Notes: generated from the sequence alone by a model not told the origin. 64,000 bases of DNA from a virus (IMGVR_UViG_3300032893_000031:8552-72551), one strand, 5' to 3'. Counted from the first letter of the stretch, positions 8,910 through 17,429 are shown. Made by a program: numbers and translations.

Positions 8910-9208
8910 GGCTTGTGTGGGTGCAAAATGTATTCCGCCAGAGCAACTAACACACCGCCGACACCGGCAGATAGCGTGCTGAGCAGCCATGCCCGCCAGC
9001 GAGCCATTTGGGCGACGGTGGCAACAAGCCCGCCAGAGTTCTCCTTGCCGAACAGCACGCGCTCAATGACAGCCACACGCTGGATCAGGCCGGGAACATC
9101 AGGACCACCACCGTTCAGCAATCGGATGATCTCGTTCAGCTTCTCCGAATTATCACGCGATATTTCGACGGCGTTCTTGTTGTTCTGGTGTTCGTGTGGT
9201 TCGTTCAT
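8906..9208 (-). CDS. hypothetical protein with C-terminal TM helix (holin-like candidate)
   Basis: 100 aa. C-terminal WLLSTLSAGVGGVLVALAEYIL hydrophobic segment; located in the lysis-like cassette. Confidence 0.4.
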   Translation of the reverse strand: MNEPHEHQNNKNAVEISRDNSEKLNEIIRLLNGGGPDVPGLIQRVAVIERVLFGKENSGGLVATVAQMARWRAWLLSTLSAGVGGVLVALAEYILHPHKP

Positions 9209-9215
9209 AAAGTAT

Positions 9216-9494
9216 CTAAGCCATGCTCATGTATCGCCGCGACGGCTTGCCGTAGGACAGGTCAGACAGGTGTAGCAGCGTGTAGGTGCACGAACTATGC
9301 CTGATTCTCACAACCAGTCCGAGATTTTGAATCTTCTCGACAGCGTTCTCCATAATTAGCTGCGCCAAGGCCCGCCGCTTGCCGTCCTCCAAAATGGCTT
9401 CCGCTTCCTCTTTGGAGTGCTCAACTCTGAGACTCGACCCAGCCCATGCCAGTGACACGTCGCTGCGGTGGGGGGTGTGATCTATTGGATTCAT
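9216..9494 (-). CDS. hypothetical protein, 92 aa
   Basis: ORF 9216-9515 trimmed to ATG 9494 (ATGA overlap with the upstream stop). Confidence 0.45.
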   Translation of the reverse strand: MNPIDHTPHRSDVSLAWAGSSLRVEHSKEEAEAILEDGKRRALAQLIMENAVEKIQNLGLVVRIRHSSCTYTLLHLSDLSYGKPSRRYMSMA

Positions 9495-10084
9495 GGGCCG
9501 TTGTAGTCTATCCACCGCTTCGGCGGGTTCATCCCCCCGATGGCGCGGTAGAATTGACCGAGGCCCGCGAGCGGCGGGTTGCTGATGGTGACGGTGGAAT
9601 TTGTGACGCCCCAGTGGAGTTTGTTGGCGAGCGCCGATATGAACTCGATGTTTGTCCCCGTCTTGCTGCTGAATTGAAGAACGGGCGTGCCGGGATAGTG
9701 AATCGTATTCGACGGCAGGCTCTCGCGCTTGCTCACAGTGTCAACGGCGGTCACGGTCAGGCTCGTTCGGTTGGTGATGACGAGTGCGGCTTCGTTGGTG
9801 TGCGACGTAGCTGTGACGTTGGTCTTGCCGCCGCTCACCGCATAGATTCGATTGCTCGTGGCCAGCGGGTCCGTTGAGGGTGTCCACGCCAGCAAGACCG
9901 GAGGATTGGTCTTTGGCGGTGGCGGCACTAGCCCCATCGCCTGCATCGTCATGGCGTAGGCGTGCGGACCAGCCCGCTTTGCCGCGCCGATAGCCTGCAC
10001 CTGACGCAAGCTTGTGATGTGGTTTGTCTGCGCCACGGCCGAGACGGTGAATAGGCAGAGCAAGATGGCGTGGAGCCGCGTCAT
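9491..10084 (-). CDS. secreted FN3-like protein
   Basis: 197 aa. Signal peptide MTRLHAILLCLFTVSAVAQ. The segment LLAWTPSTDP..YAVSGG..LTVTAVDTVSKRESLPSN resembles a fibronectin type III repeat. Confidence 0.5.
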   Translation of the reverse strand: MTRLHAILLCLFTVSAVAQTNHITSLRQVQAIGAAKRAGPHAYAMTMQAMGLVPPPPKTNPPVLLAWTPSTDPLATSNRIYAVSGGKTNVTATSHTNEAALVITNRTSLTVTAVDTVSKRESLPSNTIHYPGTPVLQFSSKTGTNIEFISALANKLHWGVTNSTVTISNPPLAGLGQFYRAIGGMNPPKRWIDYNGP

Positions 10085-11884
10085 TTAATGCCTCTCTTGA
10101 AGCGCAAGGAAGCGCCAAACCAAGTTGCCGTAAAATTGGTAGCCAGCCGCGCTGGCGTGTGGAGAGAAAGCGCCGCCCAATAACCCCCTGGAGGCAAACT
10201 GCGCGTTGTCTGGCATGGGCGTGTGCCCGTCAAAAAACACGAAGTTGGAATTGGTATAGGCAACAGCTCGCATTATCCCGATGTCTGCGAGGTTGTTCAC
10301 TTCATCGCAAATCAGGCCAGTGTCGTTGGGGGGTAATGGCATGGCGTACGTCCCACACAGCACCACATCCGCGTTGGGTGTGTTCGTCCGGTAAAAGTCG
10401 CCCAGAATTTGTAGCCCGGGCACATAGTCCCCCACCGTCGTAATCTCATTGAACAGTATCAGCGTCGGGTTCCAAGACGCGTAGATCGGCGCTTTCACCG
10501 CTGTCCCCGGCTGATTTAACGCCGTAATCCCCTGCCCTTGGGCAGACTGTAGCCCTACCACCACCCCGTTGGTTATCGTGTTGTTGATCCAGACCAGCCC
10601 CACCAGAAAAATCGTCCCACTTTGCTCGTTTGACACCATGATGCTCATGGGTGATGGCGTAGTGTTTGTCCACCTGAACAGCGCCCCCGCGTGGCTCGCG
10701 CCAAAGGCGTTGTTGGTAATCATCCACGACAACCCGGACCCGTTATTGGTTCCAATAGCGAACTTGCCGGAAGCCGCCGTCGTGAGGTAGTCCACCTCAA
10801 AGACGTTGGCCGCAAAGCCGTTGTTGAGAGAGAAGGTCGCGGTTGAACCCGAGTTCGTAAGTTTGACGTATTGGCCAAACCAGTTCGCATCAACCCCGCT
10901 AGGCGACGCCCCACCGTTGCCATAACTCCCAGTCCCGACATAGGAGATTGGACAAACCGATACGCTTGGATACGCCGCCGCAGCGGTTATATATCCGGCC
11001 ACCGGCAGGAAGTTCGTTAAATTGAAATAGACCTGGTCGAGCAGTCCTTGGGAGCTATTCGGCGAAAGTAATCCTCCTCCATCCAGTAACATCGTCACCA
11101 CTTTGTGATTCTTGAGGGCGTAAAACGTGTTCGATGTCCCAAACCGGTTTAGGCCCGCGTAAGCCGCAAAGTTCCCCGACTCATAGTTTAGCAACGTGTT
11201 ATTGTCGAAATTCGTCTCCGTGATTCCAAACTTGACCAGCCGTGACACCGGCAGGCTGCCCACCAAAATGTTTGTCCCCGAAAAACTCGTGGTCGGCTCA
11301 CCGTTGATCATCCCCGCCAGGTTGCCATTCAATTCCACTGGCACCGAGGCCCCGATATGCACCGTCGTTGCGTTTGAAACCGACACCAGGTTTACGCCCT
11401 TTGTAATCACTGCGGAGAGGGCCGTCGGGCTGTCGTCGGAATTGGCGTTCTGGACGACTCCTATAAACTGACCAAAAAAGGAGGTGTCGCCAGTGCTGTT
11501 GGCGGCCACATAGTCGCAGTTCCCTTGGTCATGGTAGGTCCCATTGGTCAGCAGCGCCACGCCGTAACAACTCACACTTGCCGGGACCCACCCCCAGCTA
11601 CCGTTGGTGTAGGTGTGCTGCGTTTGGCTCCAATAATAGGTTCCATTTCCCGCCGTCGCGTCAAAGGGGGCCGCGCCCGATTCGCCGATTGCTGGAATCC
11701 AGGAAGCCGTTAGGCCCGATACGAACAAGAGGTTCGTGTCCGCCACTGATGCCATCAGCGCCCCGGCATTGAGATTCGTCAGGCTCAATGCGTTGCCGGC
11801 GAAGGTGCCGGTGAAGGTGGGAAGGCCAGCGCCAAAGGCGCAGAGCGAAGCTGAGGCCAGAAGCGTGCAGAGTAGTTTTTTCAT
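10085..11884 (-). CDS. tail-fibre/tailspike-like protein with SGNH-hydrolase-like C-terminal part
   Basis: ORF trimmed to ATG 11884 (ATGA overlap). N-terminal MKKLLCTLLASASLCAFGA. Asn/Thr/Gly-rich beta-type sequence. The C-terminal FSPHASAAGY resembles SGNH block V (DxxH). Confidence 0.45.
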   Translation of the reverse strand: MKKLLCTLLASASLCAFGAGLPTFTGTFAGNALSLTNLNAGALMASVADTNLLFVSGLTASWIPAIGESGAAPFDATAGNGTYYWSQTQHTYTNGSWGWVPASVSCYGVALLTNGTYHDQGNCDYVAANSTGDTSFFGQFIGVVQNANSDDSPTALSAVITKGVNLVSVSNATTVHIGASVPVELNGNLAGMINGEPTTSFSGTNILVGSLPVSRLVKFGITETNFDNNTLLNYESGNFAAYAGLNRFGTSNTFYALKNHKVVTMLLDGGGLLSPNSSQGLLDQVYFNLTNFLPVAGYITAAAAYPSVSVCPISYVGTGSYGNGGASPSGVDANWFGQYVKLTNSGSTATFSLNNGFAANVFEVDYLTTAASGKFAIGTNNGSGLSWMITNNAFGASHAGALFRWTNTTPSPMSIMVSNEQSGTIFLVGLVWINNTITNGVVVGLQSAQGQGITALNQPGTAVKAPIYASWNPTLILFNEITTVGDYVPGLQILGDFYRTNTPNADVVLCGTYAMPLPPNDTGLICDEVNNLADIGIMRAVAYTNSNFVFFDGHTPMPDNAQFASRGLLGGAFSPHASAAGYQFYGNLVWRFLALQERH

Positions 11885-12135
11885 AGGCTGAGAGTCGTTC
11901 CAGAGAACACCCACTCGGAGTTGGTGTAGTACCAGACCTTGCCGGTGTCCAGGTCAACCGCGAAGGTCGCGCCGCCCGGAGTAGTGCCGGGCGCCGCCCC
12001 TCCATAGTTGCCCTGCATCCCGAACCCGCCCCCGGCGCTCGAAAGCTGGTTGAGCCGCATGAGGATCTTCGCCTCCAACACGCGCGGGGTGTCGTAAAGC
12101 GTCGGCGTCGTGCCTGAACCGAATTTAAATGCCAT
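11881..12135 (-). CDS. hypothetical protein, 84 aa
   Basis: ORF track; coupled to the fibre gene. Confidence 0.5.
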   Translation of the reverse strand: MAFKFGSGTTPTLYDTPRVLEAKILMRLNQLSSAGGGFGMQGNYGGAAPGTTPGGATFAVDLDTGKVWYYTNSEWVFSGTTLSL

Positions 12136-12147
12136 AATCGTCCTTTC

Positions 12148-12564
12148 TTAAATGTAAGCTCCGGTCGGGACCGGATTCGCACCGGATTGTTTTGTCCACG
12201 GGCCAACCGGGAAATTTGCGGGCGTGCAGGCGTAATACACGACTGCGAAGGCATCGTAGATTTCCCACAGGCCGTCTCCAGCGATGTAAATAATGGTGTA
12301 GCCAGTCCCCGTCCAAGTGTTGGCGTCCTGAAATGTGTAGTGCTGATTCACACCGGTCGTCCCCGCGCCAGTCAGCGAGATGGTGGTGGAGTTGGAAAGC
12401 GCATTCAGCGCCGTCAAGAGCTTCACCATGATCCGCCGCGTGGTGTCGTTCTGCTTGGGGTTGTTGGCGGGGTTAGACCCCGGCCACGCCTGGACCTGCG
12501 TCAGCATCTTGAGCCAACGCATCCGGCGGGTGTCGCCCAAAGACGGCGCTACTTGGACTGGCAT
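12148..12564 (-). CDS. hypothetical protein, 138 aa
   Basis: ORF track; fits the gap between neighbouring minus-strand genes. Confidence 0.5.
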   Translation of the reverse strand: MPVQVAPSLGDTRRMRWLKMLTQVQAWPGSNPANNPKQNDTTRRIMVKLLTALNALSNSTTISLTGAGTTGVNQHYTFQDANTWTGTGYTIIYIAGDGLWEIYDAFAVVYYACTPANFPVGPWTKQSGANPVPTGAYI

Positions 12565-12639
12565 AAGTATTCAAAGCGGGCGGCCGGGAGTCAAACCCAA
12601 CCCCGATCAAATACTCCCGGCCAACCCTGTAAAAACGGG

Positions 12640-12867
12640 TTATCGCGTGTTGGGCCGCGCCAGGGGCAGTGGAGTGCGCGTCACCGCAATCGTAATGTCC
12701 GAAACGGTGGTGCCGGTGATGGTGTTGCTGGCCAGGGCGCCCGCCGTGGTGGTCCGGCTGATCTTCATCACCGGAGCACCCGTCAGGTTGCTCGAAGGCC
12801 AATAGGATGCCCCGAAGGGCAACCGGCGGAACGTGCTGCGCGATCTTTTTGTGCGTCGGAATACCAT
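12640..12867 (-). CDS. hypothetical protein, 75 aa
   Basis: The only minus-strand ORF that fits cleanly between 12564 and 12873. Competing overlapping ORFs look like GC-shadow frames. Confidence 0.3.
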   Translation of the reverse strand: MVFRRTKRSRSTFRRLPFGASYWPSSNLTGAPVMKISRTTTAGALASNTITGTTVSDITIAVTRTPLPLARPNTR

Positions 12868-12872
12868 AGTGT

Positions 12873-13205
12873 TTATCCTTTCCCGCGGCTCGCCATGAGT
12901 TGGCCAATCAGCCCGTCATAGTTGCCGTGATCGTGTTCTTTCTTCTCGCTGGCCACTTCGCAATCATTCAGCGAAACAGCATCAAGGCTCACAGACGCCC
13001 CCTTTCTCTCGGGCGATTCATTCGCGCTGATGCCGACGAGCTTAAACTCAATATGGGCCGTAACGGTGTCCCCGATTTTGGCCCCGCACTCGTCGAGGAA
13101 TTGCAAAGCCACATCGTCATAAAGGTTCAGGCTGGGATACATCGGGCCTTCCGGCATGGCCGGTTGCCCAACTGCCATGTCTTTCGATGGTTGTGCAAGA
13201 TTCAT
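12873..13205 (-). CDS. small capsid-module protein, paralogue B (C-terminal YDGLIGQLM motif)
   Basis: 110 aa, immediately downstream of paralogue A and the capsid gene. Shares its C-terminal motif with 13208-13576. Confidence 0.55.
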   Translation of the reverse strand: MNLAQPSKDMAVGQPAMPEGPMYPSLNLYDDVALQFLDECGAKIGDTVTAHIEFKLVGISANESPERKGASVSLDAVSLNDCEVASEKKEHDHGNYDGLIGQLMASRGKG

Positions 13206-13207
13206 AA

Positions 13208-13576
13208 TCAGGCCCTCGCCCCCATCAGCCCGCCGATCATGCCGTCATAGGACGGCGGCGGGGACTTCTTGCCTTTGCCATCCTCGCCATCCTCGCCTTT
13301 CTCCTCGTAGCCCGGCATCTCGGCTTCCCCGAGCTTGGTCAGGCAAAGCTTGCCATCCTCGCCAATCCGAAACGAGCAAACCATGTCGAACTCGTCACCG
13401 GGCTTCTCCGCGCCTTCGGGGGGCTGAAACCCCTTGGGCGGAACGAAATCTACTGGCTCTGGCCGCTTGGCTTCCTCATCGGCCTTCTGCGCTGCGGCAG
13501 CCTCGGCTTCATCGTGGCCGGGCGGCTGGACAGTCTCGGGATCGGGAGCGAGTTGGGTGTCGGTGTCGCCGTTCAT
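13208..13576 (-). CDS. small acidic capsid-module protein, paralogue A (C-terminal YDGMIGGLM motif)
   Basis: 122 aa; Glu/Asp/Pro/Gly-rich; directly downstream of the capsid gene. Confidence 0.55.
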   Translation of the reverse strand: MNGDTDTQLAPDPETVQPPGHDEAEAAAAQKADEEAKRPEPVDFVPPKGFQPPEGAEKPGDEFDMVCSFRIGEDGKLCLTKLGEAEMPGYEEKGEDGEDGKGKKSPPPSYDGMIGGLMGARA

Positions 13577-13676
13577 AATGGCATTATAGGTTGACTATTG
13601 TGATTCATCGCCGCCGGCACTCTGGAGCGGGGGTCGGACCCGAACCAGAGTATCAAATATAAGGCGGGCTAAACCG

Positions 13677-15140
13677 TCACGAGCAGGTTATCGTGTCCGC
13701 TGAACTACTGCATCTCACAAAAAGCCACATTCTGCCGAATTGCGGGAAAATCGGACGGACCGCATGGCGGTAGAACGCGAAATGGCGGCCAAGCTTGTGC
13801 GTCGGATCAGCCACACCCGCGCAGGAGGCAAATCCCAAGAGGGCATCGTTGCCGGTGATGAAGTCCCACTCGCCGAAATAATTCTGCGGGTGCCACTTCA
13901 TGCCGGGAGCGGCGTTGATGGGCTTGAGCACTTCCTCGGTGCAAACCCACGGATGGAGCGAGATCGCGGCCTCGTAGGTGGCGATGGTCGGGTCAACCCA
14001 GGATGGATTGATGATGGCGGCCAGCCCCTTGGTCACGTCGTTGCTGTTGTTGCTATTGGCCCACACCGGGATGCGGACGTAGGTATTGCCGCCGTAGGCG
14101 ACCTGGTAGGTGGTCCACGTCGCGCTGGAAACGTTGTTGGTCCAGGCGAGAGTGGCCAGAGCGCCGGCGATGGTGACGGCGACCGAGATCAGCACGTTGC
14201 CCGCGCTGTCCTTGGCAACGTTAACAGTATCGCCGTTCTTGGTCAGAGCCCAGCGGGGCGGGAAGGGCGTGATGATGTGCCGGAAGTTCTTGATCACCCG
14301 GCTAGCGCCCATGCGCTGAATGACGGGGTTGGTGTCGCCCCAGCCCTGGAAGGACTGGTTCAAGTCGCTGCGAAACTCGCTGTTATTGAGCAGGATGTCG
14401 CGGCTGGTTTCCAACCCGATGAGCAGCGGGAAGATCGGGCCGTCGGGTCCGAGAGTCAGCCACCCCTGGGTGTTTGGGTCGTAAGCGCCTTCCTGAATCA
14501 ATGCCGAGGCGCCGGAATCGAGCATTTCCTGGGTGAGTTGCGAGGTTGGAGTGTTGGCCGCGCCCAAGGCCGACAGGTCGGGGCCGGTCGGGTTGGTGCT
14601 GTTCGGGCCATAGACGTTCAGGTTGGGCTGACCCCAGTTCATGGCAGAATTGCAGGCCATCTTGGGGACGAAGCGCATGTACCAGTTAGCCACGCGATTG
14701 GAGACCGAGCGGATGGAGCGCATCTCCATCGCCTTGAAATACTTCATCCAGAAGTCCTTCGAGTGCCAGTACATCACGAGGTCGTCCTGGCCGACGAGGG
14801 GGCCGACGAGCGGGAACCGCTCCGGCTTGTAGGTGTTTTCCTTGTGGCCGACGTTGACGGATTGGAAGTCCGTCGAGGCGTCCAGGGCGCCGTTGGGGTT
14901 GCCGCCGGAGATCGGCGCGATGTAGTTCCAGGGCTCCTCGTCCACATCAGCCTCGGAACGTTCGATGGTGAACACCGACCGGCCGTAGCCGGCGCCCTCG
15001 GGATAGGTCTCCTTCGGGACGATGTTCAGCCACGGGTCCATCCAGGAGCCGATGGTGTAAAGGGTTTCGCCAAGGTCTTCCACCTTGGCCCGCAAATCGT
15101 CAAAAGGTGTGCTGCAAGCTTGCTTGACAATGAAGGACAT
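13677..15140 (-). CDS. major capsid protein candidate
   Basis: ORF 13677-15239 trimmed to ATG 15140 (MSFIVKQACSTPFDDL...), 487 aa. It sits downstream of the scaffold-like gene behind a long upstream untranslated region. The family was not verified. Confidence 0.55.
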   Translation of the reverse strand: MSFIVKQACSTPFDDLRAKVEDLGETLYTIGSWMDPWLNIVPKETYPEGAGYGRSVFTIERSEADVDEEPWNYIAPISGGNPNGALDASTDFQSVNVGHKENTYKPERFPLVGPLVGQDDLVMYWHSKDFWMKYFKAMEMRSIRSVSNRVANWYMRFVPKMACNSAMNWGQPNLNVYGPNSTNPTGPDLSALGAANTPTSQLTQEMLDSGASALIQEGAYDPNTQGWLTLGPDGPIFPLLIGLETSRDILLNNSEFRSDLNQSFQGWGDTNPVIQRMGASRVIKNFRHIITPFPPRWALTKNGDTVNVAKDSAGNVLISVAVTIAGALATLAWTNNVSSATWTTYQVAYGGNTYVRIPVWANSNNSNDVTKGLAAIINPSWVDPTIATYEAAISLHPWVCTEEVLKPINAAPGMKWHPQNYFGEWDFITGNDALLGFASCAGVADPTHKLGRHFAFYRHAVRPIFPQFGRMWLFVRCSSSADTITCS

Positions 15141-15405
15141 TCCAAGCGCAGCTAGGAGAAGTATCAAAATGTGCATAACTAAATCAGCGTGCTGTGTTGT
15201 TGTTCGGATTCGCCTTGGCCCACATAGGCGCAAGGGCATACCGAGTGCGTTATTGGAACTCCCTGTTTGAAGTCGGCCGGGCTGCCGCTGCCGTGCGTCC
15301 GAACTATCGGCGTTTATTGACGCTTAGACCATTGATGTCTGTTCTGGTCCCGAACAGTGAAAAACCTAAAACCCGAGCAAGAGGCAAGTCAACAGAAAAC
15401 TTAAT

Positions 15406-15825
15406 CTATTTTTTGCGGGGAGTAAGTGGCACCCAGAACAAGCCGAACGCCGCAACCGAAGCGCAGAGGAAAACCGCTGTTTCTGGTGTGGCGTTGATGT
15501 GTAGCGGCACCCAAATGACAGCGGAAAACACGATGGTCGCCACCACCATTGAGGCTTTTGCGAGCGGCCTTCTGAGGGATATGGCGATGATGAGGTTGCC
15601 GATGCCAAACAGGCACTTGATGGGGGCGAACCCCACAGCCAAGTCCCAAGTGGAGGCCATAATCACCACCGCCACAGCGTTAATTGCGAGCATCCCGGGC
15701 CAGCCCCACATTTTCATCAGGCGGTTGGATTCCAAGCGCAAGTCTGGCGAAGCAACGAGGGTGCCCCAGAGGTCCACCAAAGAGGCAGCAACGACTAAGG
15801 CGATCTGAGTGAAAAGGTGATTCAC
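15406..15825 (-). CDS. small polytopic membrane protein
   Basis: ORF 15406-15993 trimmed to GTG 15825 to clear the scaffold gene (an internal ATG near 15715 is an alternative). About four hydrophobic helices (GMLAINAVAVVIMAS, LFGIGNLIIAISL, MVVATIVFSAVIWVPL, VFLCASVAAFGLFWVPL). Confidence 0.45.
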   Translation of the reverse strand: MNHLFTQIALVVAASLVDLWGTLVASPDLRLESNRLMKMWGWPGMLAINAVAVVIMASTWDLAVGFAPIKCLFGIGNLIIAISLRRPLAKASMVVATIVFSAVIWVPLHINATPETAVFLCASVAAFGLFWVPLTPRKK

Positions 15826-15880
15826 AAACGAAAACGCCCGCTGGGGAACCGAAACCCCAGCGGGCGCTGCGGGCAGGCGG

Positions 15881-17155
15881 TCAGGAGGCCGGAGAGGTAA
15901 GCCGGTGGATAAAGCCATCCCGAACCTGGCTGGGGGGTGTCCCGGGTTTGACGGGTGGTGGTTTGCCAGACCCGCCACCTTCCCGGCCGCCACCGGCGGG
16001 CAATCCCGGGTTGGCGGCGGTCAGGCGGGCCACCTGTTCCTTGAGCGTCTGATTCTCTTTGAGCAGTCGCAACCCCTGTTCGAGCGCCACCGGGTAGGCA
16101 GCCGCCTGGAAACAGGCGGACATCAAGTCTTGCGGCTTCATCCCCTCGCCGGTGAAATACCGCTTGGCCAGCGCGATCCGCTCCGGCACAGCCTTGTTCC
16201 ACTCAGCGGCGCCTTCCTCGGTGTCGGGGCGAAGCTGGAACATCGGATCGCCCTTTTCGGCCGCCTGACGGGCCTTGATGGCGTCGGCAAAGGCGGTTTC
16301 GGCCTGCTGGCGGGCCTGCTCGCGTTTGCCCTCCGCGGTGGTTGTCTCAGCGGCTTGGCGTTCCTTGGCAGCCGCAACCTCTTTTTCGAGGGTTTCAGAG
16401 CGTTCCTGCGAGATGGCCTCCAGCGAATTCAGGACGGAGCCGAACCGGCTGGATTGGAGCGGGCTCAGGTCGGCAATCAGTTCCTCGATCTGCTGCGATT
16501 TGTAGGGCGAATCCGGCAGGGCCAGCACTTTGGCCGCCTGTTCAGCCTTGTCGGCGCCGACGATGTTCTTGGCTAGCGTCACCTGGGCATTGACCTTGTT
16601 GTCGAAGTACGCCTTGAACCTCGGGTGCTCGGCGACATTCAGCCGGCGGATGGTCTCCGTCAGTTGCTCGATCTCCTGGTTGGCGGCTTCAAGCGCAGCT
16701 TTCTCGGCCTTGCTGGTGCCCTCGGCGGCAGTCTCGGCGGCTTTGCGGGCTTCGGCAAGCTGGGTTTCGAGGGTTTTGACCCTGCCATCATATTCGGCGA
16801 GCTTCGGCTCGTATTCGGCCTTGATGCCAGCCTTGGCTTCCGCCCACTCCTTGGCGCTGCGCGGTGGCTGTTTATCGAAGTCCCGGGCGGCAGGTGTGGG
16901 GGGTGTGGCTGGCTTCGGGGGTGTGACGGGTGCCGCGGTGGGCGGTGTCGCGGGCGGCTCTGCCGGCGGGGCTGGTGGAGGCGGCTCGGCGGGGGGCGTC
17001 TTTGGCTGTGCGGGTGGCGTGGTGGGTGCCGCTGGGGTGATATTACGGTCCATCCAACTGCTGATGATGTCGCGCGTGCTACCGGCGCCAGCGGGCGGGG
17101 CGGCGGCAGGAGCTTCGGCGGGGGCCAATACTTTGGTCAGGTGATTGTGTAACAT
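15881..17155 (-). CDS. scaffolding protein candidate
   Basis: 424 aa. Pro/Thr/Ala-rich N-terminal tract, then long Ala/Glu/Lys coiled-coil segments. Located just upstream of the capsid gene. Confidence 0.55.
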   Translation of the reverse strand: MLHNHLTKVLAPAEAPAAAPPAGAGSTRDIISSWMDRNITPAAPTTPPAQPKTPPAEPPPPAPPAEPPATPPTAAPVTPPKPATPPTPAARDFDKQPPRSAKEWAEAKAGIKAEYEPKLAEYDGRVKTLETQLAEARKAAETAAEGTSKAEKAALEAANQEIEQLTETIRRLNVAEHPRFKAYFDNKVNAQVTLAKNIVGADKAEQAAKVLALPDSPYKSQQIEELIADLSPLQSSRFGSVLNSLEAISQERSETLEKEVAAAKERQAAETTTAEGKREQARQQAETAFADAIKARQAAEKGDPMFQLRPDTEEGAAEWNKAVPERIALAKRYFTGEGMKPQDLMSACFQAAAYPVALEQGLRLLKENQTLKEQVARLTAANPGLPAGGGREGGGSGKPPPVKPGTPPSQVRDGFIHRLTSPAS

Positions 17156-17159
17156 AAGA

Positions 17160-17426
17160 TTACTCAGCGGGTTCGTAGGTTGCGGCGAAAATGTCGGGCT
17201 TGCAGGGGTAGAATTCGCCCTTCACCCCCCTAATGATCCAATCGTTTGGAATGGCCAGCATTTCGCCCTCCATTGTTCTGATGGCGAGCGCACCGCCGGG
17301 GGCTTCTGTGACAATCGAGTTTCCCTCTGGCGGCATGTTTTGATGCGCCCAAGCGATAATGTCGATCTGGTTTCCGTTCAACTGAACGGCCTCAATAACG
17401 ACTGGTTTCTTTCGGAATTTTGGCAT
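17160..17426 (-). CDS. hypothetical phage protein, 88 aa
   Basis: The N-terminus MPKFRKKPVVIEAVQ is a pattern common in small phage proteins. Confidence 0.5.
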   Translation of the reverse strand: MPKFRKKPVVIEAVQLNGNQIDIIAWAHQNMPPEGNSIVTEAPGGALAIRTMEGEMLAIPNDWIIRGVKGEFYPCKPDIFAATYEPAE

Positions 17427-17429
17427 AAC

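Noticed and set aside
12187-12921. 244-aa plus-strand ORF and the overlapping 12380-12805 and 12473-12907 ORFs
   Set aside because: They are antisense or off-frame relative to the minus-strand gene series, with Arg/Gly/Pro/His-rich products.
13740-15155. 471-aa plus-strand ORF
   Set aside because: It lies exactly antisense to the capsid candidate. Its Arg/Gly/Ala/Val-rich composition is typical of a shadow frame in high-GC DNA, and it breaks the minus-strand operon logic.
15905-17152. Plus-strand ORFs of 175-223 aa antisense to the scaffold gene
   Set aside because: These are Gly/Ala/Arg-rich shadow frames of a coiled-coil, Pro-rich gene.
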